Of a stretch of 32,000 bases of DNA, positions 28,948 through 32,000 are shown piece by piece (position 1 is the stretch's first letter; the number at the start of each line of letters is the position of its first letter). Both the position numbers and the translations under genes were made by a program. Below the pieces are notes generated by a model. It had not been told where the DNA came from, ran no database searches, and was given only the letters and a program-made list of their open reading frames with translations. Source of the DNA: Thermofilum pendens Hrk 5. GTDB lineage: Archaea; Thermoproteota; Thermoprotei; Thermofilales; Thermofilaceae. The stretch covers positions 1,350,001 to 1,382,000 of the forward strand of contig NC_008698.1 in the NCBI RefSeq assembly GCF_000015225.1, in the 5' to 3' direction.

Positions 28948-31356
28948 GTGCCCTCCACACTCACAACAGACCAGTTTGCCAAGCTACCCGTGGAGGAGGC
29001 CTTCAGGATTTTAGAGGCCTCTCCTTCGGGGCTCTCGGAGGAGGAGGCGAGGAGGAGGCTGGAGAAGTACGGCTACAACGAGGTCGTCGAGAAGAAGAGG
29101 AGCCCCGTCGTGGAGTTCCTCTCGCGGTACTGGGGCCCCATGCCGTGGCTACTGGAGCTCGCGATTGTTCTCTCCTACCTGCTCGGGCACTACCTGGAGG
29201 CCGTGATAATATTCGCCCTACTCACCGTGAACGCGGCTATAGGCTTCGCGCACTCCCGTAAGTCGCAGAAGGCGCTCGAATACCTCAAGAAGAGGCTCGT
29301 GGTCAGGGTGAAGGTGCTCCGCGACGGCTCGTGGACCACGAGGGAGGCCAGGGAGATAGTCCCCGGAGACGTGGTTATGCTGGGGCTGGGGGACCTCGTG
29401 CCAGCCGACGTCAAGATAGTCAGCGGAGAGCTACTCGTCGACCAGTCGGCGCTTACGGGCGAGTCGCTACCGGTGAGCCTGAAGGAGTCCGACGTCGCGT
29501 ATGCGGGCTCCGTGGTCGTCAGGGGCGAGGCGAAGTGCCTAGTCGTCAACACGGGGGTCAACACTTACTTCGGGAGGACAGCCGAGCTGGTGAAGATAGC
29601 GAAGCCGAGGTCCCACCAGGAGGAGATCATACTCGCCGTCACGAGGTACATGCTCTACGTGGGGGTCGCCGCGCTCCTAGCCACCGCCGCATACGCCTTG
29701 GTGCGCGGGATGGACCTCCTCTCGATAGCCGTCTTCGCGGACATATTCCTCATGGGCGCGGTTCCCGTCGCGCTCCCCGCGGTGCTCACGATAGTCCAGG
29801 CCGTCGGAGCCCTGGAGCTCGCCAAGGAGGGTGCACTCGTGACGAGGCTCAGCTCAGTCGAGGACGCCGCGTCGATAGACGTGGTCTGCTTGGACAAGAC
29901 GGGGACCATAACGCAGAACAAGCTTTCGGTCGTGGGAGTAGTGCCCCTCCGAGGCTACGGGGAGGACGACGTCGCGCTCGTAGCGGCTCTAGCCTCGTCC
30001 GAGGAGGGCAAGGACATAATAGACTCCGCCGTCATCGGCTACGCCAGGTCGCGGGGGCTGAGGCTCGAAGCCTACAGGCGCGTATCCTTCACGCCGTTCG
30101 ACCCATCCCTGAAGAGGTCCGAGGCGGTTGTTGAGCACGACGGGGCCCGCTTCAAGGCAGTCAAGGGTGCGCCGCAGGTAGTCCTGGAGCTGTGCAACGG
30201 GGCGCCCCGCGAGGCCGAGGAGGCGCTCGAAGAGCTGTCCAGGAGGGGCTACAGGGTGCTAGCCGTCGCGAGGTCCCCGGACAACGACCTCGACACCCTT
30301 ACGCCAGTAGGGTTGCTGGCCCTCGCCGACCCCGTGAGGCCGGACTCCAAGGCCTTGATAGAGGAGCTTAAAAGCCTCGGGATAAAGCCCATGATGCTCA
30401 CGGGAGACAACGTCGCCATCGCCAGGGAGGTCGCGCGCCAGGCTTCGATAGGGGACAGGGTCGTATCGTTCGCCGAGTTCAAGCGGCTAAGCAGGGACGA
30501 GAAGCTGAGGCTCGTCGATACGTACGACGGCTTCGCCGAGGTGTACCCGGAGGACAAGTACGAGATCGTGCGCCTACTCCAGGAGAAGGGGCACATGGTG
30601 GGCATGACGGGGGACGGGGTCAACGACGCCCCAGCCCTCAAGCAGGCGGAGATGGGCATCGCCGTCAGCAACGCGACGGACGTCGCAAAGGCTTCCGCCA
30701 GCGTGGTGCTCACCGAGGAGGGGCTCAAGGGGATAGTCAAGGCGATAGTCGTGAGCAGGCAGGTGTACCAGAGGCTACTCTCCTGGGTCGTGAACAAGGT
30801 GGTCAAAGTCGTACAGTTCATCGGCATGCTCGCGCTGGGCTTCTTCTGGCTCAACAGGCTCCTGCTGGGGCTACTCGACATGACGCTCCTCCTCCTCGCG
30901 AACGACTTCTCCACGATGTCCCTGGCGACGGACAACGTCAAGCATACGAGCAACCCGAACAAGTGGAACGTGAGGAACATCACGCTCGCATCCCTCGCCG
31001 TCGGCATACTCATGGTCGCGGAAGGCATGCTGGCAATAGCGCTCGGCATGAGGTACCTAGGCCTCGAGGAGAAACAGCTCAGGAGCTTCACGCTCCTACT
31101 ACTCGTGTACTCGAGCCAGTTCAGAGTGTACATCGTGAGGGAGAGGAAGCACTTCTGGTCCTCGAGGCCCGGCAACGCGCTCCTAGCCTCGATCACCGCC
31201 ACTATAGCCGTGTTCACCGCGATGGCCGTGCTCGGAGTCCTGATGACACCCCTTACTCCGCTCCAAGCACTCTTCGCGCTAGGCTACACCGCCGCCTTCA
31301 CGCTGGGAGTAGTAGACCCCGTCAAGTACGTCGCGTTCAAGAAGTTCCAGCTCTAA
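28948..31356 (+). CDS. P-type ATPase, type IIIA (plasma-membrane H+-ATPase-like)
   Basis: ALTGESLPV (TGES), CLDKTGTITQNKLSV (DKTGT followed by NKLSV as in P3A pumps), KGAP, MLTGDNVAIA and GMTGDGVNDAPALKQAEMGIAV. The N-terminal LSEEEARRRLEKYGYNEV is typical of P2/P3 pumps. Confidence 0.9.
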   Translation: MPSTLTTDQFAKLPVEEAFRILEASPSGLSEEEARRRLEKYGYNEVVEKKRSPVVEFLSRYWGPMPWLLELAIVLSYLLGHYLEAVIIFALLTVNAAIGFAHSRKSQKALEYLKKRLVVRVKVLRDGSWTTREAREIVPGDVVMLGLGDLVPADVKIVSGELLVDQSALTGESLPVSLKESDVAYAGSVVVRGEAKCLVVNTGVNTYFGRTAELVKIAKPRSHQEEIILAVTRYMLYVGVAALLATAAYALVRGMDLLSIAVFADIFLMGAVPVALPAVLTIVQAVGALELAKEGALVTRLSSVEDAASIDVVCLDKTGTITQNKLSVVGVVPLRGYGEDDVALVAALASSEEGKDIIDSAVIGYARSRGLRLEAYRRVSFTPFDPSLKRSEAVVEHDGARFKAVKGAPQVVLELCNGAPREAEEALEELSRRGYRVLAVARSPDNDLDTLTPVGLLALADPVRPDSKALIEELKSLGIKPMMLTGDNVAIAREVARQASIGDRVVSFAEFKRLSRDEKLRLVDTYDGFAEVYPEDKYEIVRLLQEKGHMVGMTGDGVNDAPALKQAEMGIAVSNATDVAKASASVVLTEEGLKGIVKAIVVSRQVYQRLLSWVVNKVVKVVQFIGMLALGFFWLNRLLLGLLDMTLLLLANDFSTMSLATDNVKHTSNPNKWNVRNITLASLAVGILMVAEGMLAIALGMRYLGLEEKQLRSFTLLLLVYSSQFRVYIVRERKHFWSSRPGNALLASITATIAVFTAMAVLGVLMTPLTPLQALFALGYTAAFTLGVVDPVKYVAFKKFQL

Positions 31357-31370
31357 GCCCGCCGGCGGGC
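31357..31370. repeat. Perfect 14-bp GC palindrome GCCCGCCGGCGGGC filling the gap between two convergent stop codons
   Basis: Read directly from the sequence. It starts 1 nt after the TAA at 31354-31356. Its last base is the first base of the cta (TAG on the minus strand) at 31370-31372. Confidence 0.6.
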
Positions 31371-32000
31371 TAGGCGTACGGCTGGAATAGCAGGAGGGTG
31401 CCCGCGGCTATTAGGAGGAGCCCCGAAAGCCTGTTCACGAGGTCCTCCCTGTAGAGGGCGCGCTCGAAGAGCGAGGCAACCTTCCCGGAGCCCGACAGCG
31501 CGAGCGCGAGCACCGAGCTGGTCCCGAGGGAGTAGCCGAGCGCCAGGTACAGCGCCTCCGAGAAGTCCTCCATGCTTGTACCCACCACTGCCAGGAAGGG
31601 GCCGAGCACGAGGGGGAGGTTGCACTGAACGGACAAGAAGCCGAAGAGGCCGCACCTACCGTACACGCCCAGCCTGCCCCCCGGGAGAACGGCCGGGAGG
31701 TCAACCCTGTAGCCAGCAACCCCCGAAGCCCCCAGTAGCAGGAGGAGGATGGCGGTGAAGGATGTCAGGACGGCGTGGGCCACCGAGAGTGCCTTGGAGA
31801 GCAGGGCGAAGAGCAACCCCAAGGCGAGTATACTCGACGCGGAAGCCGCGAAGCACCCGCCAGCCATCCTGGACGCCCTAGCCCCTACCCTCGCGGAAGC
31901 CGCGGCGTGGGCTATGAGCAGGGGGAGGGTGCAGGGGGAGAACGCCGCAAGGACACCGGCGAAGAACGAGACTACCGCCGCCACCAGGGGCAGGCCGGAG
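31370..32000 (-). CDS. CcdA/DsbD-family thiol:disulfide transfer membrane protein (cytochrome c biogenesis transmembrane region-like); the frame stays open to the window edge
   Basis: FFAGVLAAFSPCTLPLL and FLSVQCNLPLVLGP provide the two TM-embedded Cys-x-x-Pro motifs of the family, within about 6 TM segments. GTG at 31984 is a possible start, but the true start may lie beyond 32000. Confidence 0.7.
   Translation of the reverse strand, partial: SGLPLVAAVVSFFAGVLAAFSPCTLPLLIAHAAASARVGARASRMAGGCFAASASSILALGLLFALLSKALSVAHAVLTSFTAILLLLLGASGVAGYRVDLPAVLPGGRLGVYGRCGLFGFLSVQCNLPLVLGPFLAVVGTSMEDFSEALYLALGYSLGTSSVLALALSGSGKVASLFERALYREDLVNRLSGLLLIAAGTLLLFQPYA

Noticed and set aside
29331-31217. 267-aa plus-strand (29331-30134) and 322-aa minus-strand (30249-31217) ORFs within the P-type ATPase gene
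   Set aside because: The P-type ATPase frame has all canonical motifs. The shadow ORFs are Arg/Gly-rich or Ser/Thr-rich with no recognisable domains.
1-32000. Search for tRNA/rRNA genes, CRISPR arrays, IS elements, integrases or long direct repeats
   Set aside because: I saw no T-loop-like GGTTCRAATCC motifs, no regularly spaced direct repeats, no transposase/integrase-like ORFs and no terminal inverted repeats. A by-eye scan cannot exclude short or degenerate elements; tRNAscan-SE, a CRISPR finder and a self-dot-plot would settle the question.

Overview
GC-rich (roughly 60% by eye), densely packed archaeal chromosomal segment. Three things point to a hyperthermophilic crenarchaeote (Thermoprotei); I cannot name the taxon from sequence alone. 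They are codon usage (AGG/AGA Arg, ATA Ile, GC-rich third positions), A/T-rich TATA-like boxes about 22-30 nt upstream of many start codons (leaderless-type promoters), and the presence of PaREP1 and several HEPN/MNT-type genes.

Content, left to right:
- 3' end of a cysteine-synthase-family gene, then an untracked 54-aa zinc-ribbon ORF.
- A canonical MNT-HEPN pair.
- An ABC-2 exporter operon (ATPase plus two permeases).
- A PadR regulator followed by a secreted multi-domain beta-sandwich (CARDB-like) protein and a MacB/FtsX-type ABC transporter.
- Two small hypothetical or membrane genes.
- A respiratory formate-dehydrogenase-N-like operon: Tat-exported molybdo/tungstopterin subunit with Cys-His at the ligand position, membrane-anchored 4x[4Fe-4S] subunit, cytochrome b subunit and an FdhE-like protein.
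- A polyferredoxin plus an AOR-family tungstopterin oxidoreductase.
- An RHH-PaREP1 gene convergent with a second MNT, which is translationally coupled to an unknown 214-aa protein.
- A class I aminotransferase.
- A second 'anchored beta-sandwich protein + ABC ATPase + large membrane protein' operon that ends in a predicted PD-(D/E)xK-fold protein.
- A third, orphan MNT.
- An FmdE-family protein with a BtuF/FecCD/FepC-type ABC importer.
- A P3A-like P-type ATPase and a CcdA/DsbD-like membrane protein at the right edge.

I found no tRNA, rRNA, CRISPR array, transposase or integrase. I cannot point to a proven novel system. The best candidates for something undescribed are:
1. The unknown-214aa/MNT/RHH-PaREP1 cluster (17.9-19.5 kb).
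2. The PD-(D/E)xK-like gene co-operonic with an ABC module and abutting an orphan MNT (21.0-25.2 kb).
3. The LysW-like mini zinc-ribbon ORF ending in GG beside the cysteine-synthase-family gene (464-628).
4. The small leaderless ORF fused TAG-ATG to the FDH-like operon (9496-9690).

All functional calls rest on motifs recognised by eye. No database search was run.
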